A DNA stretch of 63,032 nt, filler included, from Piptocephalis cylindrospora (lineage: Eukaryota): the NCBI GenBank assembly GCA_003614145.1. It is 23 parts of 23 records of this genome, joined end to end, with 100 filler letters (N's around TTAATTAATTAA, not from the genome) between each part and the next. Parts side by side here need not be neighbours in the genome. Positions count along the whole stretch, not along the records: positions 49,543 to 52,166 come from KZ988902.1; positions 52,267 to 54,887 come from KZ988903.1; positions 54,988 to 57,604 come from KZ988904.1; positions 57,705 to 60,319 come from KZ988905.1; positions 60,420 to 63,032 come from KZ988906.1; 18 more parts are not named here. The stretch is one strand, 5' to 3'. Each line of letters opens with the position of its first letter. Position 1 is the first letter of the stretch. The translations under genes were made by a program, and so were the position numbers. The notes beneath the pieces are model-generated. The model was not told the origin of the DNA and made no database searches. It saw only the letters and a list, made by a program, of their open reading frames with translations. Shown here in pieces: positions 49,543 to 62,249 of this stretch.

Positions 49543-50212
49543 TTGGGAATGTAAGAAGGAGAATCAGTAGCGGGCGGAGCATAATCAGGAAGGCGATCGA
49601 TGGTAGAAGACTTTGAACTATCTGAATCATGCCGGGTATACTGGGGGAGGATGAACCAAGCCTCATGAAGGAATTCAATGTCTAAAACCATACGTTGCCT
49701 CTGGCGAAGACCCTCTACACATTGCCTCTTATTGAGGCACTCCAGGATCGAACGGAGCTTCTTGAGGACATCATGGAGAGCCGGGGCCAGATCTTTTTTC
49801 TTTTCGAATAATCCTTTTGGAACCATTTATCCTGGAGCTCATGACTCTTTATTAAAAGTTTCCCACACTTTTCTGTCATTGACCCTTTGGAAAAGCAATC
49901 CCGTAGTAGTTGCCGGAGCGGATAAATATGCAGGATATCGTGGCTGTGTGCCTCTCCCATGGTCATGTCCGGTGAAGGATCTAGAGGGATACGGGGTAAG
50001 CCCGCCAAAAACTCTTTGGTTACCTCATTGTCCTGGGTGAACCAGTGGGTAGAGGTTGAGGATGTTGTCGCGATATACCTATCCATCTCGAAGAAACCTG
50101 AACTCATATGACCACCCAGACCATAACCGAAATGATGACTGGCCACGGTGAAGGGAAGAGTGGTGGTGAGTGCTAGAAAAGTCGTCAAAAGTAAGGCTAG
50201 AAAGGTTGTCAT
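49543..50212 (-). CDS. Orphan secreted protein, possibly frameshifted
   Basis: Hydrophobic signal-like N-terminus. Overlapping ORFs 50212-49715 and 49826 to contig end. Confidence 0.5.
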
Positions 50213-50387
50213 GATTTAAGGATGAAGGCGTAATTGCGGTGAGATGGTATGAGTGAGCTACCCTGGATGTTTTATGCTGGAAGAGGTCATACACCAAGAG
50301 GATGCAGAATAGCACCGTTTCATGTCGGAGAAGCAGAAAAGTCCTGCTCCCGAAGATACTGGGGCCCGCCCAAGCTAAAATGCATTG

Positions 50388-50624
50388 GTTGCATAAAAAT
50401 TTATTATCTTATAGGGAAACACACACCCAAGGGGCATTTCAGAAAAGTGCGGAAATTTAGGGACGAATTAATCGTGCAGGAGTCGGACTCCAAGTCATGG
50501 GATGTCGTTGCAGTACCCCATGTAGTCCGAGCTAGGTGAGAGGAAAGCCGCGTTTTCTTCCGGAGTATTACGTAGCCAAAGGAGACGAGCCCTCAAAGAG
50601 GAGCGGACTGCATGAGCGAAACGG
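50388..50624 (-). mobile_element. Short retroposed element, family B copy 2 (237 nt)
   Basis: Homologous to 43422-43666. TSD AGCT(A/T)AAATGC(A/C)TTG at 50373-50387 and 50625-50639. Confidence 0.82.
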
Positions 50625-50915
50625 AGCTTAAATGCCTTGATGTACCACAGAGGGCCAAAATATATGAAGCGGTTTCCTCGGTAGAGATTGACGGGAATAA
50701 AGGGTAGCATACAGGGAAGAGGGATTATGCCCAGTTTTGATTCAAACAGATGGGTCGAGGATCCTGTAGTGAACAGGATGAAGTAAGACTGGATGAAAAA
50801 AAAGCGCATTATCCTGGCAAAAACAACAGCAACAGTGTAATGGGAACAAACACAGAAAAGCAATCGGAATGGAACCACAAGCATCAAAGAACAACGGAAG
50901 GCAATATCCCCTTTC

Positions 50916-50979
50916 TCAGATTCCCATGTCTTCATCTTCATCCTCCTCCTCTTCATCCTCTACATCATCATCACCCTCT

Positions 50980-51015
<36 letters not shown>

Positions 51016-52166
51016 ATCCCGTCATCCTCTCCTTCCTCCTCCTCGTCATCCATCCGACCCGTGGCCATCCCGAGACTCGAGGGGATAAAGGGAAGATGGT
51101 GATGGTGGTAGGCGGTGAGAAAGTGGGATAGACCCTGGTTCGATACCTGTAGGCCCTGGGCGGGGGTGGAAGACCCGGTTACAGGTGTAGAGGAGGAGGA
51201 GGGAGAGGAGGTAGAGGCAGAGGAGGAGGAAGGAGGGCTCGTGGAAGCAGGCGCACCACGTCCTTGCGAGTGGATCATGGCCCGGCCTCCGCCCGAACCA
51301 AAGCTCAGCAACCTTCCCCCAACGCCGTTTCCCCCGACATCAAGCATGACAGGATCATCGATACCGCGGTAAATTTGCTTGACCACTTCATTGATCTGCG
51401 AACGCACCTCAGTATCCAAGAGGAGATACCAAGCACCACCTTCTCGGGGTCTATCGGTTGGGGGGCCCCCAGTCGGGATGGTCTTGTCCGCATCCAGAAG
51501 GGAATTGAGGATGGAGAGGAACCCCTGATCTTGTAGATATCTCGACCTCTTTTTGTACAATCTACCCGAACTCTCGCTTCCATCTCGAGACGCATGTGGA
51601 CTTCTTCCACCCTGTTCCTCAGCCCCTCCTCCCATGCTCTCCTCGTCGTCCGGCCAGGTCAGATTGACCAAGATGAACAAGACCCCAAGGATTACTTTAT
51701 CTGTAGGTATTGGGGTCATAGTAGGATCAAGGAGGTGATGGATAGTACTGAGGAGGGAGGGGGCTTCGAACACAGCGGTTTGGTATTCGGGGGACAGGGT
51801 GGAGAGGTTAGAGAGGACATAGAGGGAATGCACCAGGACAGTTTCCACCTCAGTAGCCCTATCCCGGATACTCCTTTCCCTAGCCTCCTCCCTTTCCCGG
51901 GTAAAGGATGCAGGATGCTTATCGTCTGGAGAGTCCGAGTCGGCCAAGCGCTGCTCTACCCAAAATCTCCCAATCTCCGGGCGCTTCACCAAAGATACTA
52001 CCCGATCCACACAGATGTGGACGATAGTTTTCACTGAGTCCATCAAGATAAAGAGGGCCTCAACTTCCTCGGGCTTCCCGTTCGTCAGATTCCGTAAGAT
52101 GACCATGGCCTGGGCCTGAACCCGAAGATCCGAGTCATCCAGTAGGGCTCGAAGTCCTGGGTATCC
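50916..52166 (-). CDS. Armadillo-repeat protein ARMC8/Vid28-like, C-terminal part
   Basis: LLDDSDLRVQAQAMVILRNL, LYVLSNL, ILVNLTW and an acidic tail. Confidence 0.7.
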
Positions 52167-52329
52167 NNNNNNNNNNNNNNNNNNNNNNNNNNNNNNNNNN
52201 NNNNNNNNNNTTAATTAATTAANNNNNNNNNNNNNNNNNNNNNNNNNNNNNNNNNNNNNNNNNNNNGGGGAGTGGGTTAGCCCATGTCGATCACAATGGT
52301 CCTGGTAGTATGATACACCTCTCCCATAC

Positions 52330-52748
52330 CTGTTCTTGAAAAAGGCACGCTCGCGCTTCTTCTTAATATCCTGGACCCGCTGGATGGCCTTGACCGTTGT
52401 GGTCATAAGGTCACGGTCGTATCGGACGGGGATGTTACGACGCTTCTCGAATTCAAGTGTAGTATCCTAGAATAAAAAGGAAAAAGAGTGAGCAAGGGAG
52501 GCCACCATTACTATTACTACACCTCATCACGCCGTGCATCCCTTCCAACTTACAATAGTCATCTCCTTTCCAGCAGCATATCGGAAGGCCTTGGTCCATC
52601 GGACCTTTCTGGGGTTACGCTTCTGCTTGAAGTTACGATGACACTTGGACCGACAAAAACGGAAGACCTTAGAATCGTTACGGACAAAGGTGATACCGTG
52701 CCCTGGGTAGCAGGTAGAGGAGCAAAAGTAGCACTTTTCCAAACGCAT
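52330..52748 (-). CDS. RLP24: Ribosome biogenesis protein Rlp24, 3'-partial
   Basis: [37 protein letters not shown]...[12 protein letters not shown], with a second exon [18 protein letters not shown]. Confidence 0.96.
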
Positions 52749-53359
52749 GACGACGAGACCAAGAGAAGGGGAGGAGGGGAGAAGGTGATGGCAAGGGAAA
52801 GAAAAAGAAAAAGTAAGTGCTGTGCTGTGCACTACTGGGAGGGGTGCTGCGTCCAGTCTGTACAAGAATGGGCACACTGCTTTCAGGCGAGGGTAACAAG
52901 GTTTGGCCTACTTTTCTTTTGCTTTTCCTCCTGCTATCGAAAAGCGCGGAGAAAATCATCTTTTTTTTATCTAGAAATTCCCCACATCAACCGACAAAGA
53001 TACATCTTTTTCTGTCAATTCGTCCCGAAATTTGAAAAGAGAGTGTCAGAATTGAGAGTGGCAGATCGGCGTATGGGACTTTGGGAAATCACTCACCATG
53101 GTGTACTAGCATGATTTTCTGGGCCAAGAAGAGAGTGCCCCACTAGGGGGGAATTCTATGGCAGCACAGTATCCAAGGTTAGTTGGCCTTCCTTCCATAC
53201 AGCCCCACCGGAATAATCCGGTAATTTTTGTAGCTTGACGCACCATTGCTGGTGGTGTAGGCAAGTTTAGAGCCGTTAAAGGAGACCAATGCTGTCTCCT
53301 TTGAGGAACTTCTTTCCCCGATCTTTAAATTTCCTTCCTTCCTATCTCTTACACTTGAT

Positions 53360-53910
53360 ATGGTAAGACATGTAACTTGATAAAACATCATCTAACCAGT
53401 GATTATGGACGGATCCTAGACATTAGAACTATACTCCCGCCACCCTCTATAGAACAACACCAGCTCATTCTCATCCCTCTCTTGTGTATAGGCCACTCCC
53501 ATTGCTATTGGTGTGGGCGTTGCGGCTACGGCTGCTGCCGCTCGCTTTGGCTTTCGCGCCTTCCAGAGGTACCAGGCGGCTGGAGGCGCTGCTGGAGGCG
53601 CCTCCTTGAAGAAGTATCACAAGGGTGGATTCGACGCCAAGATGAATAAGCGTGAAGCTGCTCTCATCCTTGGACTAAGGTATGCTGCTTGTCCTTGAGC
53701 CATACAAATCATGTATACTCCCTTGCTCAACTCACCCCATCTCTTTACTGTCTATTCCCCTTTAGAGAAGCGGGTCTGACGCAGAAGCGGCTCAAGGAAG
53801 CACACCGTCGGGTCATGATGGCAAATCATCCTGATCGTGGTGGGAGTCCTTTTATCGCCACCAAGATCAACGAGGCCAAGGAGCTCTTGGATAAGACAGC
53901 ACGAAAGTGA
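53360..53910 (+). CDS. PAM18: Mitochondrial import J-protein Pam18/Tim14
   Basis: ATG-only first exon 53360-53362, then [17 protein letters not shown] and [19 protein letters not shown]. Confidence 0.95.
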
Positions 53911-54274
53911 AAGGGGAGAAGGTGTAGGGTTGCGCATGTGTGTTCATACTGAGGATCCTCTTTCTCCTTGCGCGAGATGAGATGTGCTTGAACGAGCCTT
54001 CTTCCTAGATGAATGATAAAATTATTTGTTGTCATCATTGTTCCACGAGGAAAGATTAATTCCAAAGAACGATCGAGATTGAGAAGCCTAGAGAGGATAT
54101 GTACACATGTATCGTTGATAGTACAGAGGTGATTTAAAGGACAAATAATCGCATTTGAGGGGGCATCGTCTTTACTTTCTCGCCCTACCTCACATCTCTA
54201 TTCAGGTGCACTTCCCCTTGGACACCCACCAAAGAGTACCTTCGTACACAAAGGGATGGAATCATCCTTTCCTC

Positions 54275-54604
54275 TTACTGCTTCCCTGCTGAGGCCTTGG
54301 TGGAAGGAGGAGGGGTGGCCACGTCGCTAAAATCATCTTGCTTCATGGCCATAATAGAGTAGGTATCTAAAAGGCGGGTGAGATCAAGGTTTAGTCAAGG
54401 CTGAGAAGTCTTCAACCACGAATAAGGAGTTCATAGAAGCTTACAAACAGAGCCGGCGAAGAGCAAAAGGACTCCACCCATGATGGTATTCCTCATCTTG
54501 TAGGGGGCACGGGCTCGTTCAGTGGCCGGGGAAAAGGAGTATAAACGGTTACCCATACCGCGTGACACGACCATCTTGCTCCATGCAGAGGTAAAAGGGG
54601 GCAT
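54275..54604 (-). CDS. COA3: Cytochrome c oxidase assembly factor Coa3
   Basis: Exons 54604-54445 and 54366-54275 (252 nt) give ...RARAPYKMRNTIMGGVLLLFAGSVYTYSIMAMKQDDFSDV. Not in the ORF track. Confidence 0.85.
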
Positions 54605-55764
54605 GATGTTGAGGTTAGGGGCTGTAAGAGGAGAATCAAGGAAAGATAGAGCTTCTAGGTCACGACACAGTAGGAGTAATTCGAAAGGAGGGGATATCCG
54701 TCTTATTCTACATACCTCCCCTCCCTGTCCTTACTAGATTAATGTGGCAGGGCCCTCCCCACTGTAACACATACAAAAAATGAAATATGACAAAATATAG
54801 TAAAATTGATCTGAAGAGAAGTAGGATATAGTGAGCGTTTCAGGTGACAGAGTGCACAGGACATGGTAAAGGACTGGGTGAATGATGNNNNNNNNNNNNN
54901 NNNNNNNNNNNNNNNNNNNNNNNNNNNNNNNTTAATTAATTAANNNNNNNNNNNNNNNNNNNNNNNNNNNNNNNNNNNNNNNNNNNNGGGGGAGGGAGAG
55001 AGGGGTGAGGAGAGGATGACCACTACATACACGCCCTCACTCTAGGGAAGGGGGGAAAGGGGTGGAGGGGAGGAGAAGGGACATGGGTGTGTGATAGGCT
55101 CCAGACACCGCAGGACACGCACACACATTCATGCTGACTGGCGGGCCGGGGGAGTGAAGGCGTGGTGCATCAATGTGTGATACATAGATAGAGAGACTGT
55201 GTGTCTGTGTGTCTGTGTGTCTGTGTCTATCTGTCTGTGTGTGTGTCTATCTGTCTGTCTGTGTGTCTATGTCTGTCTGTCTGTGTGTGCACACCTCTCT
55301 TCCCACTGAAGGGATGAGAGGGGTGATAGTCAAACTAGGTGTGTATGTGTATCCGGGTCATCTCCACATCATAATGCTGAGAGTGTGAGTGGTGGAGAGA
55401 GAGAGGTGAAGGGGGTGTGGGCGGAGGGGGGACAAGAGGGAGAGAGACTTTGCTGGCCTTTTGCTCTCCTGTACGGGTGAAAAACGTCAACGCCTCTCCC
55501 CCCACATAGAGAACACACACACAGAGAGAGAGAAAGGAGACAAGGGTCACCACGATGCACATACTCATTCACTCACAGAGTAAGCAAAGGGAGAGGCATT
55601 GAGTTTAAAACTGTACAGGTTTTGTACTCCCCTCTCCCCCCATCCTCACCGTGCCAAGCCCACACAGTGACAGCGTCAAGGGGCATGGGATGGTTTCACC
55701 AGTAGCGCCCTCCCCCTACCACGGCCACGGACGGGCTACAAAGACTAACGAACACACATCTGTC

Positions 55765-55965
55765 TGATCCAAGAGGGCCAAGGACGGATCCAATCTATCA
55801 GCACACAGCACTAGGGCTGGATCCAATCTATCAATACACACTGAACATGGATCCAACAGAGCTAGTGCACACACACACACACACACACACACACGCGAGA
55901 TGTGGATCCAACAGGAACAACAACATAGACCATCAAATGGATCCAGGATGTGATGAGATGGATCC
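55765..55965. repeat. Cluster of GGATCC palindromes in degenerate tandem units
   Basis: GGATCC at 55786, 55819, 55849, 55904, 55939 and 55960, plus TGATCC at 55765. Confidence 0.75.
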
Positions 55966-56587
55966 GCTCCACCCTCTCCCTCTCTGTGCTCTCATTGCAG
56001 GCTGAGTAATGGTTGGTTTACGCCCGCTTCTGCCAAGGAGAGAGGAATGATGGGGGAAGCAACACAGCGTCCTCTGTCATGAGGCTGGTCAGTGTGTTGT
56101 TGTTCATGTCTGCTTGCATCCTCCCCTGAGAAGATCACCCTATCTCCCACCAAGGAAGAGGGATAGGGATGAGGACGATCCTCGTTCATTGACGCGTGGA
56201 GAGGAAAAGGACACTGACATGTGATTCTCATCCAAGCGACAAAAGCAGCAGTCTCTGGTCGCGAATGTCCCTTGATCTAAAAAAGAGATGGATTGAAATG
56301 AGGAGATACCGCCTTTAGGAACATAAACAAGACCAAGGAAAGTCTGCATGAATAGACTAGGAGCAAGGGAAAGGGGCGTGTCTGAGCCTGTCCAAGCACT
56401 ATTGCATCCTGGACCAACAGTCCATCCATACCTCTCTCCCTCTCTCCCTTCCCCAAATAGACCCAGATAAGAGAGAGAGCTGTGCTTAGACCGATCCATG
56501 TATATTGTGCCATGTCTCGAGGGGAAAAAGCACAACCGATCGCGAAAGAGGAAGAAAGGGTGGGTTGGGAAAGGCGAGTGCTGCTGC

Positions 56588-57006
56588 TTAGATGAGACCA
56601 ATCTTGTTGGCGACATCAGTGGCATCCATATCGGGGGTAAGACGGACAAAGGCCTTCTTCTGCCCATCGGGACGGATGAGCGTGTTGATCTTGAGGACAT
56701 CAGCATCGTACATCCGCTTGACGGCATCCTTGATGTGGTTCTTGGAGGCACGGGTGTCAACAAGGAAGACAAGAGTGTTGTGCTCCTCGATGCTCTTCAT
56801 CGTCGACTCGGTGTTCAAGGGGCCCTTGATCACGGAGAACTGGTCCAGGCGGGGACGGGAGGGGATCGACTTACGGGCGTACTTGGGGGCACGGGGAAGA
56901 CGAAGGGTCTTGGGGCGATAGAAAGTCGTGGAGGTCCTGATCTTCCGGGAGCGAAGAGCGTTGGTACCCTTGAGGGTAGCCTTGCGGGCGGCCTGAGCCT
57001 TCTTGG
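56588..57006 (-). CDS. RPL25: 60S ribosomal protein uL23 (L25/L23a), main exon
   Basis: [30 protein letters not shown] and [17 protein letters not shown]. Acceptor CAG at 57007-57009. The first exon was not located. Confidence 0.96.
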
Positions 57007-57704
57007 CTGAGGAGGACGGGGGAGGAGGAGGATGAGTATAAGAGAAGAAAGAGAGCGAGTAGGAGAGAGGATAAGGACATCCCCACCAGATGGCCGTCTC
57101 ATCAGGAGCACCCACGATGTAACTCTACCCCCCACCAAACCATCCTAATGACCCAACACCCAACCAGTCATCCTCCATGTTCATATCAATAAACAATCCA
57201 TCAGCAGTCCTACATGTGTAGGACAAGGAATGCCCAGGCCCATCCGTGCGAGAGTCGGAGGTCCTGTTGATAGACGGCTTAGCACTCTCCCCCGCGCCAG
57301 ACCAAGCCGAACATTGGCCCAGCCAAAGGATCCCTCTATGCGATGGGCTCCACCGCACCATCATGGCGCATGCCCATGCCATGCCACACATCCCATCAGC
57401 CCTTCCCTCCTCGCCCCAGCTACCATCGTCGGTGTCCCACCAGGATACCCAGCCCTGCACGTTCCGGGAAGGTGGAGAGACCAAGGAATAGATGGATGGA
57501 TGGATGGATGGATGGACGGACGGATAGAGAGGTACGCGATCCTCTCCCTTGGATCATACCCTCCCCCCATTCCTCCACCTGACACCCCTCCCCCATCCAT
57601 CCCTNNNNNNNNNNNNNNNNNNNNNNNNNNNNNNNNNNNNNNNNNNNNTTAATTAATTAANNNNNNNNNNNNNNNNNNNNNNNNNNNNNNNNNNNNNNNN
57701 NNNN

Positions 57705-60319
57705 AGGTAGCACTGCACCCAGACTCGGACCTTGGGGATGCAGTACTAGAGTGTTACAATTGCGGTTGTCGCAACATATTTCTCTTAGGATTCATCCCCG
57801 CTAAGGCTGACACCGTGGTGGTCCTCCTTTGCCGACAACCGTGTGCGGCCGTGCCCTCAGGAAAAGATGCTCCATGGGATACATCGCAGTGGCTACCGCT
57901 AATCGAGGACCGATCCTTCCTCTCTTGGCTCCTCCGGGTCCCTTCGGACAAAGAGCAAGGTCGATCCCGGCAGATTAGCTCACAGCAAATTGCCAAGCTT
58001 GAAGAGTTGTGGAAGGAGGATGCCAATGCCACCCTCGAGGACCTCCAAAGGCCCGGGGTGGATGAAGAGCCTCAGCCAGTACTACTGCGCTACGAGGATG
58101 CCTATCAGCATCAAAACATATTCGGGCCATTGGTCAAGATGGAAGGAGATTATGATAAGCGTTTGAAGGAGTCTCAGACGCAAGATGATGTCGTGATTCG
58201 GTGGGATCTTGGGTTAAACCAGAAGCGTGTGGCCTGGTTCCTCTTCCCCAAACTGGAGTTAGGGGAGGTCAAGCTAGCAGTGGGGGATGAGCTGCGGCTT
58301 CGGTACCGTGGGGAGCTCCACCGGCCCTGGGAGTGTGTGGGGCAGGTAATCAAGATACCGAATAATACGTCTGATGAAGTGGGTTTGGAGCTTCGTCGAT
58401 CTGAGGGCGCGCCCGTCGACTGTACCCATCACTTCTCCGTGGATTTCGTGTGGAAATCCACCTCCTTTGATCGGATGCAACTAGCCATGAAAACCTTTGC
58501 TCTCGATGATACCTCGGTCAGTCATTATATCTATCACAGGCTTTTAGGGCATGAAGTGGAGCCTCAAATCCTGCGAACGGCCTTGCCCAAACGGTAAAGA
58601 TCATTTCTTGTGTTGAATGGTGAAGTGCATAAGTATTTTTTTTGTTCAATCTTGCCTCCCTTCTAGTTTCTCCGCTCCCAATCTCCCTGCTCTTAATCAC
58701 TCCCAGCAACTCGCGGTCAAAAGTGTCCTGCAAAAACCCATATCCTTGATCCAGGGTCCCCCAGGGACCGGAAAGACGGTGACGTCGGCTACGGTGGTGT
58801 ACCATCTAGCCAAAATGAATCCGGGACACGTGCTTGTGGTGGCGCCGAGTAACGTAGCAGTGGATCAGCTGGCGGAAAAAATTCATCGGACGGGCCTTCG
58901 TGTGGTTCGTATGACGGCCAAATCTCGTGAGGCCCTAGATAGCCCCGTATCCTTCCTGACCCTGCATGAGCTGGTACAGCACGCGGATACACATAGGGAG
59001 CTACAGAAACTTATTCGTCTCAAGGCCGATCAAGGTGAGTTGAGCCGGAGTGACGAGGCGAGATTCAAGGCCGCACGTCGGGTCTGTGAACAGGAGATCC
59101 TCCAGCACGCAGAAGTTATCCTATGCACTTGTGTTGGAGCTGGGGATCCGCGACTTTCTCGACTTCGCTTCCGCACCGTGCTGATTGATGAGGCCACACA
59201 GGCCACCGAGCCCGAGTCTATTATCCCCTTGGTGCTTGGAAGTAAGCAAGTCGTGCTCGTAGGAGACCATCAGCAGCTTGGTCCGGTGGTGATGAACAAG
59301 CAGGCGGCCCGTGCAGGTCTATCTCAGTCCCTCTTTGAGCGCCTTGTCCTTTTGGGTGTTAGGCCCCTTCGTCTTCAGGTGCAATACCGAATGCATCCCT
59401 GCCTCTCAGCCTTCCCTAGTAACATGTTCTACGAGGGCAGCTTGCAGAATGGGGTAACATCGGCTGAGAGAATCCGGCCCCATGTGGATTTTCCTTGGCC
59501 AGACCCCTCCGCTCCCATGCTTTTCTACAGCTGCCTGGGCCCTGAAGAGATTTCTTCTTCGGGCACCTCCTACCTCAATCGCACTGAGGCAGCGACGTGT
59601 GAGAAGGTGGTAACGCGCTTCTTGCGCTCCTCTGTTCAGCCTAGCCAAATTGGGATTATCACCCCGTATGAGGGGCAACGTTCCTTTATGGTAAATTACA
59701 TGCAATTTAGCGGGACGCTGCGTAAGGAACTTTATAAAGAAATTGAGGTGGCGTCTGTTGATGCCTTTCAGGGGCGAGAGAAGGATTACATCCTTGTCTC
59801 GTGTGTCCGGAGTAACGAGCACCAGGGAATCGGATTCCTTTCGGATCCCCGACGCCTCAATGTTGCCTTAACTCGCGCGCGGTACGGGATTGTACTTCTT
59901 GGGAATCCCAAGGTTCTTTCGCGAAACCCACTGTGGTATCACCTTTTGCAGCATTTCAGGGATCGGGCTTGTCTCGTAGAGGGCCCATTGAGTAATCTAC
60001 ACCCAAGTGTCATGCAGCTGAGTAATCCTCGAAGACCTTGGAAGCCCGAGGATACTCGGTTCCGTAGTCGTGGGTCCGAGGTTGGCCAAGTCTCTGCATC
60101 GGATTGTAAGTTGATTTTAAACTACTACGGGGACTATGATGGGTGAATGTGTCAATATGTAGACTAACTCGCTCGTCTCATCTTCTAGATCCAAGATATG
60201 GAGCCACTGACTCGAATGGATACATCACGTCAGGGATGCGGCTTCCTCTGGGATCCATCCCATTGGGAAGTGAGAATGCTCCGTCGGTGGTGATGGATGC
60301 GTCCCTGTCAGGTAGATAC
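57705..60319 (+). CDS. UPF1: NMD RNA helicase Upf1, partial
   Basis: [58 protein letters not shown] and [10 protein letters not shown]. Confidence 0.98.
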
Positions 60320-60419
60320 NNNNNNNNNNNNNNNNNNNNNNNNNNNNNNNNNNNNNNNNNNNNTTAATTAATTAANNNNNNNNNNNNNNNNNNNNNNNNN
60401 NNNNNNNNNNNNNNNNNNN

Positions 60420-61463
60420 GGTGAGAGGGGCGGTTTCGCTCATACCATAAACCTGACGGACTTGAATCCCAGTCCTGGTGGAGACAGCCTCGCCCAACTC
60501 GGCGTCCAATGGAGCAGCAGCACTCATCATTCCCCGAACCCTGGAAAGGTCGTACTGACCAACGTCTGGGTGCTTAGCAAAGGCAAGGACAATGGGAGGT
60601 ACAACGTGCATAAAGGTTACTCGGTACTTGACAATGGCCTCGAGAAGGGGGACCATGGAGAAGCGAGGCATCACAACCATGGGGATATGGAGTGTGAGAG
60701 CGCTGAATAGGGAGGTGATCAGGCCGTAGATGTGGTAGAGGGGGAGAAACTCAATCCATACATCATTCTTGGGTACTGGGCCTTCAAAGGCAATGTACTG
60801 CTGAATATTACAGGTAATATTCCAATGGGTAAGCTCGATACCTTTTGGCATTCCTGAGGTACCAGAGGAATAGGCGATGAGGGCGGTCCTTGATCGCACC
60901 TGCTCCTCGGTAAGCTTCCTGGGCCACTGAGATGCCTCGGGGAAGGATGAGATAGATGTAATGACATCCTCCAATGACCTGGACCCTCTGGGAAGGGTCT
61001 GGTCATGACCTGGAGCCTCCGTTAGGATGATCCGGGATGTAGGAATGCCAACGGCCCTAGCAGATTCCAATGCAATAGGCAGGAGATCCGATGAGGTAAA
61101 GAGGATCTTTGCATCGGAATGACCCAATTGATGGGTTAATTCCTGGGAGGTGTAATTGTTGTTTGAGGTGGTGACGATACCTCCAGCCCCGAGAATGCCA
61201 AAGAAAATTGGAGCGTAGGCGGTAGAATTTGGAAGGAAGAGGGAAGCTACATCACCATCTTTCCAGGCATAATCCCGAATCAGAGCGTGGGAAAGACGCT
61301 TGGCTTGGTCGGTGAGCTCTCCTCTGGTGATTACACGGCCTGAGGGGCCGTCCACTAAGGCTGGGGCCTCGGGTTCGCTGGGATAGCGAGGGTTATCGAA
61401 GATGTAATGATGAATATCCAATTCCTGGAACTGAATATCAGGTAGAGGAGAATAAAGAGTCAT
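60420..61463 (-). CDS. 4-coumarate-CoA ligase-like acyl-CoA synthetase, 3'-partial
   Basis: ATG at 61463, YSSGTSGMPKG AMP-binding loop, LPLYHIYG, VVPPI, SAAAPL and QVYGMSE. Confidence 0.92.
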
Positions 61464-62249
61464 TTGAGGGGAGAAAGAAGATGAGCTGGACAGGTGCTGG
61501 GCAGGTGATGAAGTGAGAGGTAGTGATAAGTGCAGACAGGAAGAATGAATGAATGAAAGAAAAGGGGGAATGTGAGATAGCGGATTAGGTGGAGGGGAGG
61601 GTGAGAAAAGGTCTTGGAATTTATACATGCGAGGGCAACACTACAACTTCTCACATCACCTCAACCCCCCATGGCACACCAAGGGGTGCGTAAGAATATA
61701 ATGAGGTATATCAACCTTCTGTGACTTCCTAGTTCCCAGGGTCATTTCATGAGTAGGACTTAGATTAGCGATGATAACAATAATAAAGATGGCTGTGAAC
61801 GCTTTATCAAGGTAGTCGCCCCCCTAGCCTGGCTTCAAGCCCAGATTTGGAATTTCCCCACACACACACACACACACACACACACTGAGCCTCCTCACAG
61901 TAAGTTCTAATTGACCATTGGTCCATTTGGTACTGCTCACACGACTCTCACACGTCAGGTATAATTTCCCCAGGATCCAATGATCCACTCTTTCCTCTCA
62001 CCATGGCCACTCTACCCCGTAGACGCGCATGACTTGGCGGTGTTTTGTCCATCTTCTGATAATTCACGTCACTGGCACACTGTGCTATGGGAAGAATAAG
62101 GTTATTACTGGAGGCTGGGTAAAGACCAAGGGTGATGTGATCCATCGCATTATTTACGTGGTTGTCTCTGATCAGGGATGGTATCGGTGGATATAAGATC
62201 CCGTTAGGATGAATATATTTTTTCTCTCACTCCCAACCAAGCTGGAAAG

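Noticed and set aside
53137..53150. CCCCACTAGGGG resembling the family A terminus in the RLP24/PAM18 divergent promoter
   Set aside because: An 11-nt match with no upstream hairpin, tail or TSD.
55765..55965. CRISPR-like repeat/spacer appearance
   Set aside because: The conserved core is only 6-9 nt, spacing is irregular, the context is eukaryotic and there are no cas genes.
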